A stretch of DNA of 64,000 nt, from NCBI GenBank assembly GCA_963706325.1, contig CAVPLT010000004.1:1-64000 (forward strand), read 5' to 3'. The notes under the pieces are model-generated. The model saw only the letters and a list, made by a program, of their open reading frames with translations. It made no database searches and had not been told where the DNA came from. This stretch comes from an uncultured Nitrospiraceae bacterium (GTDB lineage: Bacteria > Nitrospirota > Nitrospiria > Nitrospirales > Nitrospiraceae). The translations under genes were made by a program, and so were the position numbers. Below are positions 48,567 through 61,807 of this stretch, one piece after another (the first letter of the stretch is position 1; each line of letters starts with the position of its first letter).

Positions 48567-48642
48567 GCCCACGTAGCTCAGTTGGCAGAGCACGTCCTTG
48601 GTAAGGACGAGGTCACGCGTTCGATTCGCGTCGTGGGCTCCA
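48567..48642 (+). tRNA. tRNA-Thr (GGT)
   Basis: CGTCC-TTGGTAA-GGACG, CCA. Confidence 0.97.
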
Positions 48643-48739
48643 CCCCATAATTTGCCGGAGCGGGGTCGTTCTCCTCGTGAGGGAGAAGCATTCGATTATG
48701 GGTTTTGGGAAAACAGTGTCGTGAGAAAAGGAGTAAATC

Positions 48740-49945
48740 ATGGCGAAGGCGAAATTTGAGCGACGAAAGCCCCACGTGAACATCGGGACGATCGGGCACG
48801 TGGACCATGGCAAGACGACGTTGACGAGTGCCCTGACCAAGATCTGCTCGGACAAGGGCATGGCGAAGTTCATCAGCTATGACGAAGTGGCGAAGGCCTC
48901 GGAGAGCCAAGGGCGGCGCGATGCCAGCAAGATCATGACCATCGCGATCAGCCACGTGGAGTATGAGACGGCCAACCGGCACTATGCGCACGTCGATTGT
49001 CCGGGCCACGCGGATTATGTGAAGAACATGATCACCGGGGCCGCGCAAATGGACGGCGCGATTCTGGTGGTGAGCGCGGCCGACGGGCCCATGCCGCAGA
49101 CGCGAGAGCACATTTTGTTGGCGCGCCAAGTCGGCGTCCCGTACATCGTGGTGTTTCTGAACAAGGCCGACAAGGTGGATGACAAGGAATTGCTGGAGCT
49201 GGTGGAGCTGGAAGTGCGGGAGTTGCTGACCAAGTACGAGTTTCCGGGCGACAAGATTCCCATCGTGCAGGGCTCGGCGTTGAAGGCGATCGAGGGGGAT
49301 CAAGGGCCGTTGGGCGTACCGTCGATTCTGAAGTTATTGGAGGCCGTCGACACCTATATTCCGACGCCGACCCGCGCCATCGATAAGCCGTTTCTGATGC
49401 CGATCGAAGACGTCTTCACGATCAGCGGGCGCGGGACGGTCGTGACGGGGCGCTGCGAGAAGGGGATCGTGAAGGTGGGCGATGAAATCGAAATCGTCGG
49501 GTTGAAGCCGACGCAGACGACCATCGTGACCGGCGTGGAAATGTTCCGCAAGGTTCTCGACGAAGGGCAGGCGGGCGATAACATCGGCGTCTTGCTGCGC
49601 GGGACGAAGAAGGAAGATGTGGAGCGGGGCATGGTGCTGGCGAAGCCCAAGAGCATCACGCCGCATACGAAGTTCAAGGCCGAGATCTATGTGTTGACGA
49701 AGGAAGAGGGCGGGCGGCATACGCCGTTTTTCAACGGGTACCGGCCGCAGTTCTACTTCCGGACGACGGACGTGACGGGAATCGTGACGCTGACGCCGGG
49801 GGTGGAGATGGTCATGCCCGGAGACAATGTGACGGTGACCGGCGAGTTGATCAGCCCGATCGCCATGGATCAGGGGCTGCGCTTTGCGGTGCGCGAGGGT
49901 GGGAAAACCGTCGGCTCAGGCGTCGTCACTGAAATTCTAGCGTAG
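48740..49945 (+). CDS. tuf: Elongation factor Tu
   Basis: [17 protein letters not shown]. Confidence 0.99.
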   Translation: MAKAKFERRKPHVNIGTIGHVDHGKTTLTSALTKICSDKGMAKFISYDEVAKASESQGRRDASKIMTIAISHVEYETANRHYAHVDCPGHADYVKNMITGAAQMDGAILVVSAADGPMPQTREHILLARQVGVPYIVVFLNKADKVDDKELLELVELEVRELLTKYEFPGDKIPIVQGSALKAIEGDQGPLGVPSILKLLEAVDTYIPTPTRAIDKPFLMPIEDVFTISGRGTVVTGRCEKGIVKVGDEIEIVGLKPTQTTIVTGVEMFRKVLDEGQAGDNIGVLLRGTKKEDVERGMVLAKPKSITPHTKFKAEIYVLTKEEGGRHTPFFNGYRPQFYFRTTDVTGIVTLTPGVEMVMPGDNVTVTGELISPIAMDQGLRFAVREGGKTVGSGVVTEILA

Positions 49946-49951
49946 GAGAGG

Positions 49952-50021
49952 GAGGCGTGAGGCGTTAGACGTTCTAAGTGAGGGAGTGACTGTTCCCCGC
50001 CTTCACGTCGCACGCTTCGCG
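49952..50021. repeat. Heptamer-periodic imperfect inverted repeat (REP-like)
   Basis: gaggcgt gaggcgt tagacgt ... cttcacg tcgcacg cttcgcg. Confidence 0.5.
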
Positions 50022-50031
50022 GGATTACGAC

Positions 50032-50181
50032 ATGCGAGACATTATTGATTTGGCCTGTACGGTCTGCAAGCAGCGGAATTATACGACCCGCAAGAACAAG
50101 AAAAATGACCCGGATCGTTTGGAGCGGAATAAGTTCTGTAAGTTTTGCCGGAAGCACATTGCCCATAAGGAAGTGAAGTAG
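50032..50181 (+). CDS. rpmG: 50S ribosomal protein L33 (Zn-binding form)
   Basis: [49 protein letters not shown], read by hand. Confidence 0.97.
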   Translation: MRDIIDLACTVCKQRNYTTRKNKKNDPDRLERNKFCKFCRKHIAHKEVK

Positions 50182-50240
50182 GGTTTTTCGTGCTGGGTGG
50201 GGATTTTGACCTTGGCTCGGCAGCGCGCATGTTCCGAAGG

Positions 50241-50315
50241 AGGGGCATGGTGTCAACGGCAGCACATCGGTCTCCAAAACCGAGAGTCTAGGTTCAAATC
50301 CTAGTGCCCCTGCCA
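50241..50315 (+). tRNA. tRNA-Trp (CCA)
   Basis: TCGGT-CTCCAAA-ACCGA, CCA end, position before secE. Confidence 0.96.
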
Positions 50316-50473
50316 AGCTCAACGCGTATGACCTGGTGCATGGTGGTGTCGTGGCATTGTTTCTGTGAACCACTCGTTCTATGCTGTTGAGATTGCCTTC
50401 GCGCGTGACGCGATATCAGGCCGTCGGTTCGGGTAGCTGAACTGTTGGAAAGTTCCACGAGAGGATTGTAACC

Positions 50474-50668
50474 GTGTTTCAGCGATTGACCGCTTCTATT
50501 CGGGAATTCATCGAAGGCGTTCACGGCGAACTGAAAAAGGTGTCGTTTCCGACGAGGACGGAAACGATCGGAGCCACCACAGTCGTTATTGTGTTCTGCA
50601 TCCTCATGTCCCTGTATCTTTCGATGATGGATTCCGTGCTGGGCTGGCTGATGCGCAAGGTTATCTAG
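50474..50668 (+). CDS. secE: Preprotein translocase SecE
   Basis: ELKKVSFPTR plus single TM. Confidence 0.95.
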   Translation: MFQRLTASIREFIEGVHGELKKVSFPTRTETIGATTVVIVFCILMSLYLSMMDSVLGWLMRKVI

Positions 50669-50738
50669 ATGCGTCGTGCGGCTGGACAGGTCCGGCATTG
50701 TCCGGACGATATGATGCTGGATGTTCAGCTGAGAGGAG

Positions 50739-51281
50739 ATGATGAACAATAAGAACTGGTACGTCATCCATACCTATGCGGGGTTTGAAGGCCGCGTAAA
50801 AACCAGTCTCCTTGAGCGCGCAAATCAAATGGGGCTCACTGAGCGACTTGGGCAGGTCTTGGTGCCGACGGAAGATGTGATTGAAATCAAGGATGGCAAG
50901 CGACGGACTTCCAGACGCAAGTTTTTCCCGGGTTATGTCCTGATTGAGTTGGAATCGCCCTTGGCCGACGAAACCTTGCAGATGATCAAGGAAACTCCAA
51001 AGGTGACGGGGTTTGTCGGCGGCGGTGCCCAACCGACACCGCTTTCGCCTGAGGAAGTCGATTCGTTGTTGAAGCAGGTGGACGCCGGTGCGGCAGGTCC
51101 TCGCGAGCAGGTTCGGTTTATCAAGGGTGACAATGTCCGCATTGTGGACGGTCCGTTCCTGGGTTTTAACGGCGCCGTGGATGACGTGGATTCCGACCAT
51201 AGCCGGGTGAAAGTCTTCGTGAGTATTTTTGGCCGGTCCACGCCGGTGGAGCTAGGATTCTTGCAGGTCGAGCGTATTTGA
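50739..51281 (+). CDS. nusG: Transcription factor NusG
   Basis: WYVIHTYAGFE, FFPGYVL, KOW domain. Confidence 0.98.
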   Translation: MMNNKNWYVIHTYAGFEGRVKTSLLERANQMGLTERLGQVLVPTEDVIEIKDGKRRTSRRKFFPGYVLIELESPLADETLQMIKETPKVTGFVGGGAQPTPLSPEEVDSLLKQVDAGAAGPREQVRFIKGDNVRIVDGPFLGFNGAVDDVDSDHSRVKVFVSIFGRSTPVELGFLQVERI

Positions 51282-51359
51282 GGTCACTGGATTGGCGTTG
51301 CTGGACAGGGACCCGCTCCCAGCCTGTGCGCCCGATCCGCAGTTCTCATGGAGTAACTC

Positions 51360-51782
51360 ATGGCTAAGGAAGTATCCGCACAAATTAAGTTGCAGATTCC
51401 GGCTGGCAAGGCCAACCCTGCGCCGCCTGTTGGCCCCTCGTTGGGGCAGCACGGTGTGAATATCATGGAGTTCTGCAAGCAGTTCAATGCGAAAACGCAG
51501 AAGGACGGGGATAGCATCATCCCGGTGATCATAACGGTCTACAAAGATCGTAGCTTTACCTTCATCATGAAGACCCCTCCAGCTTCGGACTTGCTGAAGA
51601 AAGCCGCCGGTATTATCAAGGGCTCCGGGGTGCCCCATAAGGATAAAGTCGGGAAGATCAGTCAGGCCCAAGTCCGGGAGATCGCCCAAAAGAAATTGTC
51701 CGACCTGAATGCGGCTGATCTGGAAGGCGCCATTAAGATCATCCAAGGGACAGCGCGCAGTATGGGCATCACCGTCCAGTAA
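51360..51782 (+). CDS. rplK: 50S ribosomal protein L11
   Basis: [18 protein letters not shown]. Confidence 0.99.
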   Translation: MAKEVSAQIKLQIPAGKANPAPPVGPSLGQHGVNIMEFCKQFNAKTQKDGDSIIPVIITVYKDRSFTFIMKTPPASDLLKKAAGIIKGSGVPHKDKVGKISQAQVREIAQKKLSDLNAADLEGAIKIIQGTARSMGITVQ

Positions 51783-51826
51783 GTCTCGGTAGAGTGAACC
51801 TCCGGCGGACGTGAAGGAGTAGCAGT

Positions 51827-52519
51827 ATGGGAAAGAAGTTGACCGCGGCTCAAGAAAAGATCGAGCCCAGGTTCTATGCGTTGAAAGAGGCGGTCGAGGC
51901 CGTCAAAGAGGCAGCGTTTGCCAAGTACGATGAATCCGTGGATCTAGCGATTCGCTTGGGGATTGATCCGAAGCGATCGGATCAAATGGTACGCGGTACG
52001 ACCGCGTTACCGCACGGAACCGGGAAGAAAGTCCGTGTGCTTGTCTTTGCGAAGGGCGAGAAGGAACAAGAGGCTCGGCAGGCCGGCGCCGATTTTGTCG
52101 GCTCCGATGACTTGATGGAAAAGATCAAGGGCGGGTGGATGGATTTTGATTGTGCGATTTCCACCCCAGATCTGATGGCCTCCGTCGGCAAGCTCGGAAA
52201 GGTATTGGGTCCCCGCGGTCTGATGCCGAATCCGAAAACCGGCACGGTGACCTTCGAAGTTGGCAAGGCTGTGAGCGAGATTCGTAAAGGCCGCGTCGAG
52301 TTCAAGGTCGAAAAAGCCGGGATCGTTCAAGTGCCGGTTGGGAAGGTCTCATTTGATGCCCAAAAATTGTACGACAATGCCCATGCGGTGTTGGAGTCTG
52401 TCGTCAAAGCGAAGCCGTCCTCCTGTAAAGGCCGCTATCTCAAGAGTGTGACGATGTCGAGCACCATGGGGCCGGGCGTGAAGCTGGATCCCGTGGCCTT
52501 GTCGAAGTTGTGGAGTTGA
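51827..52519 (+). CDS. rplA: 50S ribosomal protein L1
   Basis: [23 protein letters not shown]. Confidence 0.99.
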   Translation: MGKKLTAAQEKIEPRFYALKEAVEAVKEAAFAKYDESVDLAIRLGIDPKRSDQMVRGTTALPHGTGKKVRVLVFAKGEKEQEARQAGADFVGSDDLMEKIKGGWMDFDCAISTPDLMASVGKLGKVLGPRGLMPNPKTGTVTFEVGKAVSEIRKGRVEFKVEKAGIVQVPVGKVSFDAQKLYDNAHAVLESVVKAKPSSCKGRYLKSVTMSSTMGPGVKLDPVALSKLWS

Positions 52520-52550
52520 GAACGTAGAGGTTCTCAGTAAGGGGAAAGGC

Positions 52551-53486
52551 ATGAAGAAAGAAGAGAAGGCAACAGCGATCGCGGAATTGACGGAAAAATT
52601 CGGTCGCGCCCGCTTGGCTATTCTGACGGAGTGCGCCGGCATGCCCGTCAATCAGATGACCGAGTTGCGCAGGCAGTTACGTGGCGCCAAGGCCGAGTAT
52701 TGCGTGATCAAGAATACCCTAGCCGTCCGTGCGTCGGCCGGGACAAGTCTTGCCGATGCGAAGCCGCATTTTAAGGGACCAACGGGGTTGGTGATCGGCT
52801 ATGACGATCCGGTTCTCCCGGCGAAAATCTTGCGGGATTTTATTCAGGCTGAAAAACGCTCGGAAAAGATCAAAGTTACTGTCGGGGTACTGGAAGGCCG
52901 GTTGGTGCAAGCGGCGGATCTCAACGCCATTGCGCAGCTGCCGAAAAAGGAAGTGTTGATTGCGATGCTGCTGTCGGCCATGCAGGGTCCGATTCGCGGC
53001 GTGGTGTACGCGTTGAGCGGAGTATTGAGCAAGTTCGTGCGAGTCATTGCAGCCATTCAGGATAAAAAGAAAGGGGAGGGCGACATGTCAGCAGCAGAAG
53101 GAACCAAGTTGTCACAGGATGAATTGATCAAGGCAATCGAGAGCATGAGCGTATTGGAATTGGCGGATCTCGTGAAGGGACTGGAGACACGTTTTGGAGT
53201 GACCGCGGCGGCGCCGATGGCCATGATGGCACCGGCCGGCGGCGGAGCGGCTGCGGCACCGGCAGAGGAAAAGACATCGTTCGACGTCATTTTGGTCAGC
53301 GCGCCGGCTGACAAGAAAATCCAGGTCATCAAAGTCGTGCGCGAACTTACCAGCCTCGGACTTAAGGAAGCGAAGGACTTGGTTGAAGGCGCTCCGAAGC
53401 CCGTCAAGGCCGGCGTGACCAAGGAAGAATCCGATACTATGAAGAAAAAGCTTGAAGAGAGCGGGGCTAAAGTCGAAATCAAGTAA
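52551..53486 (+). CDS. rplJ: 50S ribosomal protein L10 fused in frame to L7/L12 (L10 part 52551-53084)
   Basis: [31 protein letters not shown]; no stop before the L12 ATG. Confidence 0.92.
   Translation: MKKEEKATAIAELTEKFGRARLAILTECAGMPVNQMTELRRQLRGAKAEYCVIKNTLAVRASAGTSLADAKPHFKGPTGLVIGYDDPVLPAKILRDFIQAEKRSEKIKVTVGVLEGRLVQAADLNAIAQLPKKEVLIAMLLSAMQGPIRGVVYALSGVLSKFVRVIAAIQDKKKGEGDMSAAEGTKLSQDELIKAIESMSVLELADLVKGLETRFGVTAAAPMAMMAPAGGGAAAAPAEEKTSFDVILVSAPADKKIQVIKVVRELTSLGLKEAKDLVEGAPKPVKAGVTKEESDTMKKKLEESGAKVEIK
53085..53486 (+). CDS. rplL: 50S ribosomal protein L7/L12 (internal start)
   Basis: SD AAGGGGAGG then [38 protein letters not shown]. Confidence 0.95.
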   Translation: MSAAEGTKLSQDELIKAIESMSVLELADLVKGLETRFGVTAAAPMAMMAPAGGGAAAAPAEEKTSFDVILVSAPADKKIQVIKVVRELTSLGLKEAKDLVEGAPKPVKAGVTKEESDTMKKKLEESGAKVEIK

Positions 53487-53567
53487 TCGCTCGGTGATCT
53501 GCGGTGCGAGTTGTCCGGTGGGATGGCGCGAGGCGTTCATCTCCTTATGAGCTTGGAGGGCTAACGA

Positions 53568-56500
53568 ATGTCGGAATCGACTCTTTCGGAGTTTGTCGAA
53601 CGCAAGGATTTTTCTCGGATTCGTACGAGCATCGACATTCCCGATCTCATTGAAATCCAAAAGCGGTCCTACGAGGAGTTCCTCCAGATGGAGGTCGAGC
53701 CGGATCGTCGCAAGGATCAAGGGTTGCAAGCGGCATTGGCCAGTGTCTTTCCCATCACGGACTACAACAACACCGCCGCGCTGGAGTTCTCCAATTACAC
53801 CTTGGGGACACCCAAATACGATGAGCGGGAATGCCTTGAGCAGGGAATGACCTATGCCGTCCCGCTGAAACTACGGGTGCGACTGATTGTCTTCGACAAG
53901 GAAGACAAGGGTCCTAAGAAGAAAGTCCTGGACGTGCGAGAGCAGGAAGTGTATGTCGGTGAACTTCCGCTTATGACGGAGCGTGGGACGTTTCTGATTA
54001 ACGGAACTGAGCGAGTGGTGGTCAGTCAGCTGCACCGCTCGCCAGGCGCGTCCTTTACTCACGACAAGGGGCGAACCCATGCCAGCGGGAAGGTGCTATT
54101 TTCCGCTCGGATCATTCCGTATCGCGGATCGTGGCTCGATTTCGAGTTCGATGCCCGGGACATCTTGTATGTTCGGATCGACCGCCGCCGGAAGATGCCG
54201 GCAACTATACTGTTGAAGGCGTTCGGGTATAGCACCGACGATTTGCTGCGCATGTATTACCCCGTGGAAGAGATTCGTGTTTCCAGAGGGAAGCTCTACA
54301 GGAAGCTCGATGCGGAGATCCATCATGGCCTGAAGTGTTCGACGGAAGTGATGGAGAAGGGCGGGAAAGATCCTCTCGTTCGCGAAGGCGCCAAACTGAC
54401 GAAAGTTTTGATTGCCAAGCTCAAGGCTGCAGGAATCAAGGAGATTCCTGTGACGCCGGCTGAGTTGGTCGGGCGCGCGGTGCTGACGGAACTCGTTGAT
54501 GCCGGCAAGAAGCAGTCGTTGGCGGAGAAGAATCAGCGTCTCACTGAAGAAATCCTTGAGAAGGTTTTGGAAAGCGACATTGCGGAATTCAAGGTCATTT
54601 ATCTCGATACGACGAATGCCACGCTGGTGATCCTCGACACCCTTGATATGGAGCGCACCGCGTCAAAAGAAGAGGCAATGGTCGAGATTTATCGTCGCCT
54701 GCGGCCAGGCGAGACGCCATCTGTTGAGACCGCGCGGGCGTTATTTGACAACTTATTTTTAAGTCCCAAGCGATATGATCTATCCCCGGTGGGACGGCTC
54801 AAGCTCAACAAAAAGCTGGGGCTCGATTTTGCGCTCGAACAGCGTACCTTAACGGCGCAAGATATCGTGGAAGTGGTGCGATACCTCGTGAATCTCAAGA
54901 TTGGTCGCGGTGAGATCGATGACATCGACCACTTGGGCAATCGTCGTGTGCGGTCTGTGGGCGAGCTTTTGGAAAACCAGTTCCGATTAGGTCTCGTGCG
55001 AATGGAGCGGAGCATCAAGGAGCGCATGAACCTCCTGGACATGGAGACCGTGCTGCCACACGACCTGATCAATGCTAAGCCCGTTGTTGCGGCGGTCAAA
55101 GAGTTTTTCAGCAGCAGCCAGCTCTCTCAGTTTATGGATCAAACGAATCCTCTGGCTGAAATCACCCATAAGCGCCGCCTGTCGGCCCTGGGCCCAGGCG
55201 GGTTAACGCGTGAGCGTGCCGGCTTTGAGGTGCGCGACGTGCATCCTTCGCATTACAGTCGCATTTGCCCGATTGAAACACCGGAAGGCCCCAACATCGG
55301 GTTAATCACATCCCTGGCCACCTATGCGCGCATCAATGAGTTTGGATTCATCGAGGCGCCGTACCGGAAGGTGCTCAAGGGCCGAGTGAGCGATGAGCTG
55401 GAGTATCTCTCGGCCATCGAGGGTGACAAGTACATCATTGCCCAGGCCAACTCAAAGGTTGATACATCGGGCAAGCTCGTATCAGAAACGGTGTCAGCCC
55501 GCTCCGGCGGAGATTTTATTACGGCCACGCCCGACAAAATCGAATACATGGACGTCTCCCCGAAGCAGGTGGTCAGCGTGGCGACGGCATTGGTGCCGTT
55601 TCTTGAGCACGATGACGCCAACCGTGCATTGATGGGCTCGAACATGCAGCGGCAAGCGGTGCCTTTGCTGAAGGCGGAGTCCCCGTTGGTCGGAACTGGG
55701 ATGGAAGCTGTGGTGGCGCGCGATTCCGGGTATGTCGTGCAGGCAAAGCGAGAAGGAGTGGTGGAGAGTGTCGATGCCACCAGGATCGTCGTTCGTGCCG
55801 ATTCGAAAGAGGGACGCAAGCGAAACGATTCGGGCCTTGATGTCTATGAAATGATCAAGTTTCAGCGGTCGAATCAAAATACCTGCATCACCCAGACGCC
55901 CGTGGTCCGGGTCGGGGAACCTGTGAAGAGAGGACAGGTCTTGGCGGATGGTCCCGCAATTGATCACGGAGAGCTGGCGCTCGGCAAAAATGTCCTCGTC
56001 GCATTCATGCCGTGGGGGGGATACAACTTCGAAGATGCGATTCTGTTGAGCGAAAAGTTGGTGCGTGAAGACGCGTTCACCTCCATTCACATTGAAGAAT
56101 TTGAGGTAGAAGCCCGCGATACGAAATTGGGCAAGGAAGATATTACGCGCGATATTCCGAACGTCGGTGAGGAAGCGCTTCGTGATTTGGACGAGAGCGG
56201 GATTATTCGGATCGGCGCGGAGGTGAAGCCCGGTGATATTCTCGTCGGAAAGGTCACCCCGAAAGGTGAAACCCAGCTGACACCGGAGGAGAAGTTGTTG
56301 CGCGCGATCTTCGGTGAGAAGGCAGGGGACGTCAAGGACACCTCACTGACGGTTCCTCCTGGCGTGGAAGGCATTGTCGTCGATGTAAAGATCTTTTCCC
56401 GCAAAGGGTTGGATAAGGACGAACGCTCGAAGAGCATCGAGAGCGAAGATCACATGAAGTTGCAGCGAGACCACCAGGAAGAGCTGCGAATCATTGAGGA

Positions 56501-57527
56501 CGAAAAAACAAAAAAAGTTCGCAAGCTGCTACTGGGGAAAGTGGTCGGACGGGATCTGATGGATCCTGAGACCGGCGACGTGATTTTAAAGAAGAAGGGC
56601 AAGTTGACCGCTGACATCTTGAAGCGCTTGCCGGATGACATGGTGCGCCATATCATTCTCAGCGATCCTGATGAGCAAAAAGAGCTGGAGGATGTCGAGC
56701 GTCGCGCCAAAGAGCAGATCGAAATTCTGCAGACGCTATATGATGAAAAAGTCGGTCGTCTGAGACGAGGGGATGAGCTTCCGCCAGGTGTGATTAAGCT
56801 CGTGAAGGTCTACATCGCGATGAAGCGTAAGATTCAGGTCGGCGACAAGATGGCCGGGCGTCACGGTAACAAAGGCGTGGTGTCGCGCGTGTTGCCGGAA
56901 GAAGACATGCCCTATATGCCGGACGGGACGCCTGTAGAGATCGTCTTGAATCCGTTGGGTGTGCCGTCTCGTATGAACGTGGGTCAGATTCTGGAGACGC
57001 ACCTGGGTTGGGCGGCGCGGGCACTGGGAATTAAGGTGGCGAGCCCGGTCTTCGACGGTGCCTCTGAAAAGGAAATCAAAGACCTTCTCAAGAAGGCTAA
57101 GCTTTCCCCCAGCGGTCAAACAGAGTTGATGGACGGGCGTACGGGCGAATCATTCGCGAGCCATGTGACGGTTGGATATATGTATGTGCTGAAGCTCCAT
57201 CACCTCGTGGATGATAAGATTCACGCCCGATCGATTGGCCCATATTCCCTGGTGACTCAGCAGCCCCTCGGAGGAAAAGCACAATTCGGCGGTCAACGAT
57301 TGGGAGAGATGGAAGTGTGGGCGCTTCAGGCGTATGGAGCCGCTTCTATACTACAAGAATTCTTGACTGTGAAATCTGACGATGTGCCGGGACGGTCGCG
57401 CATGTATGAAGCGATCGTTAAAGGGGAACCATTCCTGGAACCAGGGCTGCCGGAATCGTTCAACGTGTTAGTCAAAGAGCTGCAAAGTCTGGGGCTCGAT
57501 GTCGAGCTGGTTAAATCGAAGGACTGA
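53568..57527 (+). CDS. rpoB: RNA polymerase beta subunit
   Basis: [31 protein letters not shown]. Confidence 0.99.
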   Translation: MSESTLSEFVERKDFSRIRTSIDIPDLIEIQKRSYEEFLQMEVEPDRRKDQGLQAALASVFPITDYNNTAALEFSNYTLGTPKYDERECLEQGMTYAVPLKLRVRLIVFDKEDKGPKKKVLDVREQEVYVGELPLMTERGTFLINGTERVVVSQLHRSPGASFTHDKGRTHASGKVLFSARIIPYRGSWLDFEFDARDILYVRIDRRRKMPATILLKAFGYSTDDLLRMYYPVEEIRVSRGKLYRKLDAEIHHGLKCSTEVMEKGGKDPLVREGAKLTKVLIAKLKAAGIKEIPVTPAELVGRAVLTELVDAGKKQSLAEKNQRLTEEILEKVLESDIAEFKVIYLDTTNATLVILDTLDMERTASKEEAMVEIYRRLRPGETPSVETARALFDNLFLSPKRYDLSPVGRLKLNKKLGLDFALEQRTLTAQDIVEVVRYLVNLKIGRGEIDDIDHLGNRRVRSVGELLENQFRLGLVRMERSIKERMNLLDMETVLPHDLINAKPVVAAVKEFFSSSQLSQFMDQTNPLAEITHKRRLSALGPGGLTRERAGFEVRDVHPSHYSRICPIETPEGPNIGLITSLATYARINEFGFIEAPYRKVLKGRVSDELEYLSAIEGDKYIIAQANSKVDTSGKLVSETVSARSGGDFITATPDKIEYMDVSPKQVVSVATALVPFLEHDDANRALMGSNMQRQAVPLLKAESPLVGTGMEAVVARDSGYVVQAKREGVVESVDATRIVVRADSKEGRKRNDSGLDVYEMIKFQRSNQNTCITQTPVVRVGEPVKRGQVLADGPAIDHGELALGKNVLVAFMPWGGYNFEDAILLSEKLVREDAFTSIHIEEFEVEARDTKLGKEDITRDIPNVGEEALRDLDESGIIRIGAEVKPGDILVGKVTPKGETQLTPEEKLLRAIFGEKAGDVKDTSLTVPPGVEGIVVDVKIFSRKGLDKDERSKSIESEDHMKLQRDHQEELRIIEDEKTKKVRKLLLGKVVGRDLMDPETGDVILKKKGKLTADILKRLPDDMVRHIILSDPDEQKELEDVERRAKEQIEILQTLYDEKVGRLRRGDELPPGVIKLVKVYIAMKRKIQVGDKMAGRHGNKGVVSRVLPEEDMPYMPDGTPVEIVLNPLGVPSRMNVGQILETHLGWAARALGIKVASPVFDGASEKEIKDLLKKAKLSPSGQTELMDGRTGESFASHVTVGYMYVLKLHHLVDDKIHARSIGPYSLVTQQPLGGKAQFGGQRLGEMEVWALQAYGAASILQEFLTVKSDDVPGRSRMYEAIVKGEPFLEPGLPESFNVLVKELQSLGLDVELVKSKD

Positions 57528-57604
57528 TTTTAGTGCTGAGTGTTCATAGAGAATTAGCTCACCACTGAGAATGCGCTCAGGCGACCGTTAAGGAGGGATC
57601 AACC

Positions 57605-60600
57605 TTGGAAGGTGTATACACATTATTCGAAAAGCCGCGTGACTCGGTGTCGTTCGACTCGATGCGGATTCGCATTGCGTCGCCCGAAAAAATCCGATCG
57701 TGGTCATATGGCGAAGTCAAGAAACCGGAAACGATCAATTACCGATCCTTCAAACCCGAAAAAGACGGATTGTTCTGCGCCAAGATTTTTGGCCCGATCA
57801 AGGACTGGGAGTGTAATTGCGGCAAATACAAACGGATGAAGCATCGCGGCATCGTGTGCGACAAGTGCGGTGTCGAAGTGATTCAGTCGAAGGTGCGCCG
57901 CGAGCGGATGGGGCACATCGAGCTGGCGGCCCCGGTTGCGCATATCTGGTTTCTCAAGGGTGTCCCCAGTCGGATTGGGACATTGCTGGACATGAGCCTC
58001 AAGCAGCTCGAAAAGATTCTTTACTTCGAAAGCTACGTCATGGTGGATCCCGGATCTACGAGCATGAGCGAGCAGGAGTTGGTGACGGAGGAAAAGCTGC
58101 GGGAGTTGCAATCTGAGTATGGTAACGGCGCGTTCAAGGTTGGGATCGGCGCTGAGGCCATCCGTGAGTTGCTACGCAAAGTCGATATCAATACCCAGTG
58201 GGACGAATTGCATGTGAAGGCCAAAGCGTCGGCGTCTGCTGCGCTGAAAAAGAAATATGCGAAACGTCTGAAGGTCCTTGAAGCGTTTCGCCGTTCGGGT
58301 AACAAGCCAGAGTGGATGATTATGGATGTTATCCCGGTGTTGCCGCCCGAACTCCGTCCATTGGTGCCCTTGGACGGAGGTCGTTTTGCGACCTCGGATC
58401 TCAATGACCTCTATCGCCGCGTGATCAACCGGAACAATCGCTTGAAGCGTCTGATCGAATTGAAGGCTCCCGGCGTCATCATCCGCAACGAAATGCGTAT
58501 GTTGCAGGAGGCCGTGGACGCCCTGTTCGATAACGGTCGTCGGGGTCGGGCCATTCGCGGACCGAACAAGCGTCCACTGAAGTCGTTGAGCGATATGCTC
58601 AAGGGAAAACAAGGACGGTTCCGCCAGAATCTCCTGGGTAAGCGCGTCGACTATTCAGGTCGGACCGTTATCGTCGTTGGGCCGGAATTGCGTCTGCATC
58701 AGTGTGGATTGCCCAAGAAAATGGCTTTGGAATTGTTCAAGCCGTTCATCTTCCACAAGCTGGAGGAACGGGGCGCGGCCACGACGATTAAGAGCGCCAA
58801 ACGATTAGTCGAAAAAGAGCGGCCTGAGGTGTGGGATGTGCTGGATGAAGTCATCCGCGAGCATCCTGTATTGCTCAATCGCGCACCGACCTTGCACCGG
58901 CTTGGCATTCAGGCCTTCGACCCTGTGTTAGTGGAAGGCAAGGCGATTCGACTTCATCCTCTTGTCTGCGCTGCGTTCAATGCCGACTTTGACGGCGATC
59001 AAATGGCCGTCCACGTGCCCTTATCCGTCGAGGCGCAGGTCGAGGCGCGCGTTCTGATGATGTCGATCAATAACATCCTTTCACCTGCCAATGGAAAGCC
59101 GATCGCCGTACCATCCCAAGATATGGTTCTTGGATGTTATTGGCTTACAAAGGAACGTGTCGGCGCGAAGGGTGAAGGTAAACTGTTTGGATCGCAGGAG
59201 GAAGCGCGGATTGCCTATGATGCGGGTGCGTTGGATGAGCATGCGCGAATTAAGGTGCGATCCAACGGGGCGATGATTCAAACCACTGCTGGGCGTGTCA
59301 TTCTCGCGGAAATTCTTCCTGCGATGATGCCGTTTGCGGATGCCAACAAACTGATGACCAAGAAGGAAATGTCGAAGCTGATCGATGCGGTCTATCGGCA
59401 GGCGGGACATCGTGAAACCGTGACGTTCCTGGACAAGATCAAGGACCTCGGCTTTCATTATGCCACCAGGGCTGGGATGTCCATTTGCATCGATAACATG
59501 CACATTCCTACCCGTAAGGAAGACCTTATTGGGAAGGCTCAGCATGAAGTCAACGAAATCGAAAAACAATATTCCGAAGGTTTGATCACCAACGGTGAGC
59601 GATACAACAAAGTCATCGACATTTGGGCGCACGTCACCGAACAGGTGGCCAACGAGATGATGAAGGAATTGGGCGCTGGCGGTGATCCGGCAAAGATCGA
59701 ATCGTTCAATCCCATTTTCATGATGGCCGATTCGGGTGCACGAGGCAGTTCGCAGCAGATCCGTCAGCTGGGCGGTATGCGCGGATTGATGGCGAAACCG
59801 TCCGGAGAAATTATCGAGACGCCGATCACGGCCAACTTCCGTGAGGGCTTGACGGTATTGCAGTACTTCATCTCAACGCACGGTGCGCGAAAAGGTTTGG
59901 CCGACACGGCACTAAAAACCGCCAATTCGGGATATCTCACCCGTAGGTTGGTTGATATTGCGCAGGATGTCATCGTGACCGAGGAGGATTGCGGCACGAC
60001 CGACGGCATCTTGGTCAGCGCCCTCCTCGAGGGTGGAGAGATCATTCAGCCATTGGAAGAGCGTCTCCTTGGGCGTCTTGCCGGGGAAGATATCCGCGAC
60101 CCAGTGACCGGAGAGATCATCGTCTCCTTCAACGAAGAAATCGACGAAGAACAGGCGAAGGCGGTCGTTGAGGCCGGTGTGGATCGGGTGAAAATCCGTT
60201 CGGTATTGACATGCCAGTCCCCACGCGGGGTATGCCGTCTTTGCTACGGCCGCGATTTGTCGCGAGGTCGACTGGTAGAAAAGGGAGAGCCGGTTGGAGT
60301 GATTGCCGCGCAATCGATCGGCGAGCCTGGCACGCAGTTGACCATGCGGACCTTTCACATCGGAGGCACCGCGAGCAAAGTGGTTGAGCAAACGGTGTTG
60401 GAAGCCAAGCACGCTGGCCAGCTGAAGTTCATGAGTTTGGATGCCAAGAAGAATGCCGACGTCCACAATGGTGGCATTGCGGTACGGAATAAAGATGGCG
60501 AATGGGTCGTCATGAATCGCAATGCGAAAATTGCGATTGTGGACGATACCGGCCGAGAGCGGGAGAAGTACCCGGTTGTGTATGGCGCCAAGATCAAGGT

Positions 60601-61792
60601 CAAGGATGGAGACCGGGTTGAGGTGGGGCAAAAGTTGGTCGAATGGGACCCCTATTCGTTGACGATCCTGACGGAGACCGGCGGGAAAGTTGCCTACGGC
60701 GACATTCTTGAAGGGGTGACCATGAAGGAAGAGTTTGACGAGGTGACCGGTCTGTCACGGAAGGTCATCATCGAGCAGAGTGGGGCTACGCTTCGCCCTC
60801 GTGTGTCGATCAAGGACGACAGCGGCAAGACGGCAAAAGTGTCTGGATCGGGCACGCCTGTGGCGCGGTATCTCCTGCCGGTGGGTGCGCATATCTTCGT
60901 CGAGAAGGGGGCTCAAGTGCATCCCGGCGACGTGCTGGCCAAAATTCCGCGAGAAACAACCAAGACCAAGGACATCACCGGCGGCCTTCCGCGAGTCGCA
61001 GAGTTGTTCGAGGCCCGCAAGCCGAAGGAGCAGGCGGTGATCAGTGAGATCGACGGCGAAGTCTCTTATGGCGGCTTTGTAAAGGGTATGCGGAAGGTGC
61101 TTGTCGACAACAAGATGGGCGATGTGAAGGAATATTTCATTCCCAAGGGTAAGCACGTCAATGTGCATGAGGGAGACTGGGTGCGGGCCGGTGAGCCACT
61201 CATGGATGGTTCAGCCAATCCTCACGACATTTTGGATGTGTTGGGGCCGAAAGAACTGCAAAAGTATCTCGTCGACGAAGTGCAGGATGTCTACCGGTTG
61301 CAAGGCGTGTCCATCAATGACAAGCACATTGAGATCATTGTCAGGCAAATGCTTCGGAAGGTCCGGATCGAAGATCCTGGGGATACCTCATTCTTGCCGG
61401 GTAGCCAAGTCAGCAAAGGCTTGTTCGATGTGGAGAATCAACGGGTCCTAGACAAGGACGGCAAGCCGGCGCTTGGAAAGCCGGTCCTCCTCGGTATTAC
61501 CAAGGCCGCGCTGACCACGGATAGCTTTATTTCGGCGGCATCCTTCCAGGAAACCACGCGCGTGCTGACCGAGGCCGCGATCAACGGTCGCGAGGATAAC
61601 CTCCTTGGCTTGAAGGAGAATGTGATCGTGGGCCGTCTCATTCCAGCCGGAAGCGGTTTTGAGGAATATCGCGAGACCTTTGTGGCGAGTGCGAGGAGTG
61701 CCGGAGATCTACCGGGAGGTCAGGCTCAACCAGTTGCCGTCGGGCAACATCCGATCGACTCACCGGCCAGTGCAACTGAAAATAATGAGTAA
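57605..61792 (+). CDS. rpoC: RNA polymerase beta' subunit
   Basis: NADFDGD, Zn fingers; TTG start with SD AAGGAGG. Confidence 0.99.
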   Translation: MEGVYTLFEKPRDSVSFDSMRIRIASPEKIRSWSYGEVKKPETINYRSFKPEKDGLFCAKIFGPIKDWECNCGKYKRMKHRGIVCDKCGVEVIQSKVRRERMGHIELAAPVAHIWFLKGVPSRIGTLLDMSLKQLEKILYFESYVMVDPGSTSMSEQELVTEEKLRELQSEYGNGAFKVGIGAEAIRELLRKVDINTQWDELHVKAKASASAALKKKYAKRLKVLEAFRRSGNKPEWMIMDVIPVLPPELRPLVPLDGGRFATSDLNDLYRRVINRNNRLKRLIELKAPGVIIRNEMRMLQEAVDALFDNGRRGRAIRGPNKRPLKSLSDMLKGKQGRFRQNLLGKRVDYSGRTVIVVGPELRLHQCGLPKKMALELFKPFIFHKLEERGAATTIKSAKRLVEKERPEVWDVLDEVIREHPVLLNRAPTLHRLGIQAFDPVLVEGKAIRLHPLVCAAFNADFDGDQMAVHVPLSVEAQVEARVLMMSINNILSPANGKPIAVPSQDMVLGCYWLTKERVGAKGEGKLFGSQEEARIAYDAGALDEHARIKVRSNGAMIQTTAGRVILAEILPAMMPFADANKLMTKKEMSKLIDAVYRQAGHRETVTFLDKIKDLGFHYATRAGMSICIDNMHIPTRKEDLIGKAQHEVNEIEKQYSEGLITNGERYNKVIDIWAHVTEQVANEMMKELGAGGDPAKIESFNPIFMMADSGARGSSQQIRQLGGMRGLMAKPSGEIIETPITANFREGLTVLQYFISTHGARKGLADTALKTANSGYLTRRLVDIAQDVIVTEEDCGTTDGILVSALLEGGEIIQPLEERLLGRLAGEDIRDPVTGEIIVSFNEEIDEEQAKAVVEAGVDRVKIRSVLTCQSPRGVCRLCYGRDLSRGRLVEKGEPVGVIAAQSIGEPGTQLTMRTFHIGGTASKVVEQTVLEAKHAGQLKFMSLDAKKNADVHNGGIAVRNKDGEWVVMNRNAKIAIVDDTGREREKYPVVYGAKIKVKDGDRVEVGQKLVEWDPYSLTILTETGGKVAYGDILEGVTMKEEFDEVTGLSRKVIIEQSGATLRPRVSIKDDSGKTAKVSGSGTPVARYLLPVGAHIFVEKGAQVHPGDVLAKIPRETTKTKDITGGLPRVAELFEARKPKEQAVISEIDGEVSYGGFVKGMRKVLVDNKMGDVKEYFIPKGKHVNVHEGDWVRAGEPLMDGSANPHDILDVLGPKELQKYLVDEVQDVYRLQGVSINDKHIEIIVRQMLRKVRIEDPGDTSFLPGSQVSKGLFDVENQRVLDKDGKPALGKPVLLGITKAALTTDSFISAASFQETTRVLTEAAINGREDNLLGLKENVIVGRLIPAGSGFEEYRETFVASARSAGDLPGGQAQPVAVGQHPIDSPASATENNE

Positions 61793-61807
61793 AGGAAGAG
61801 AACTTTC

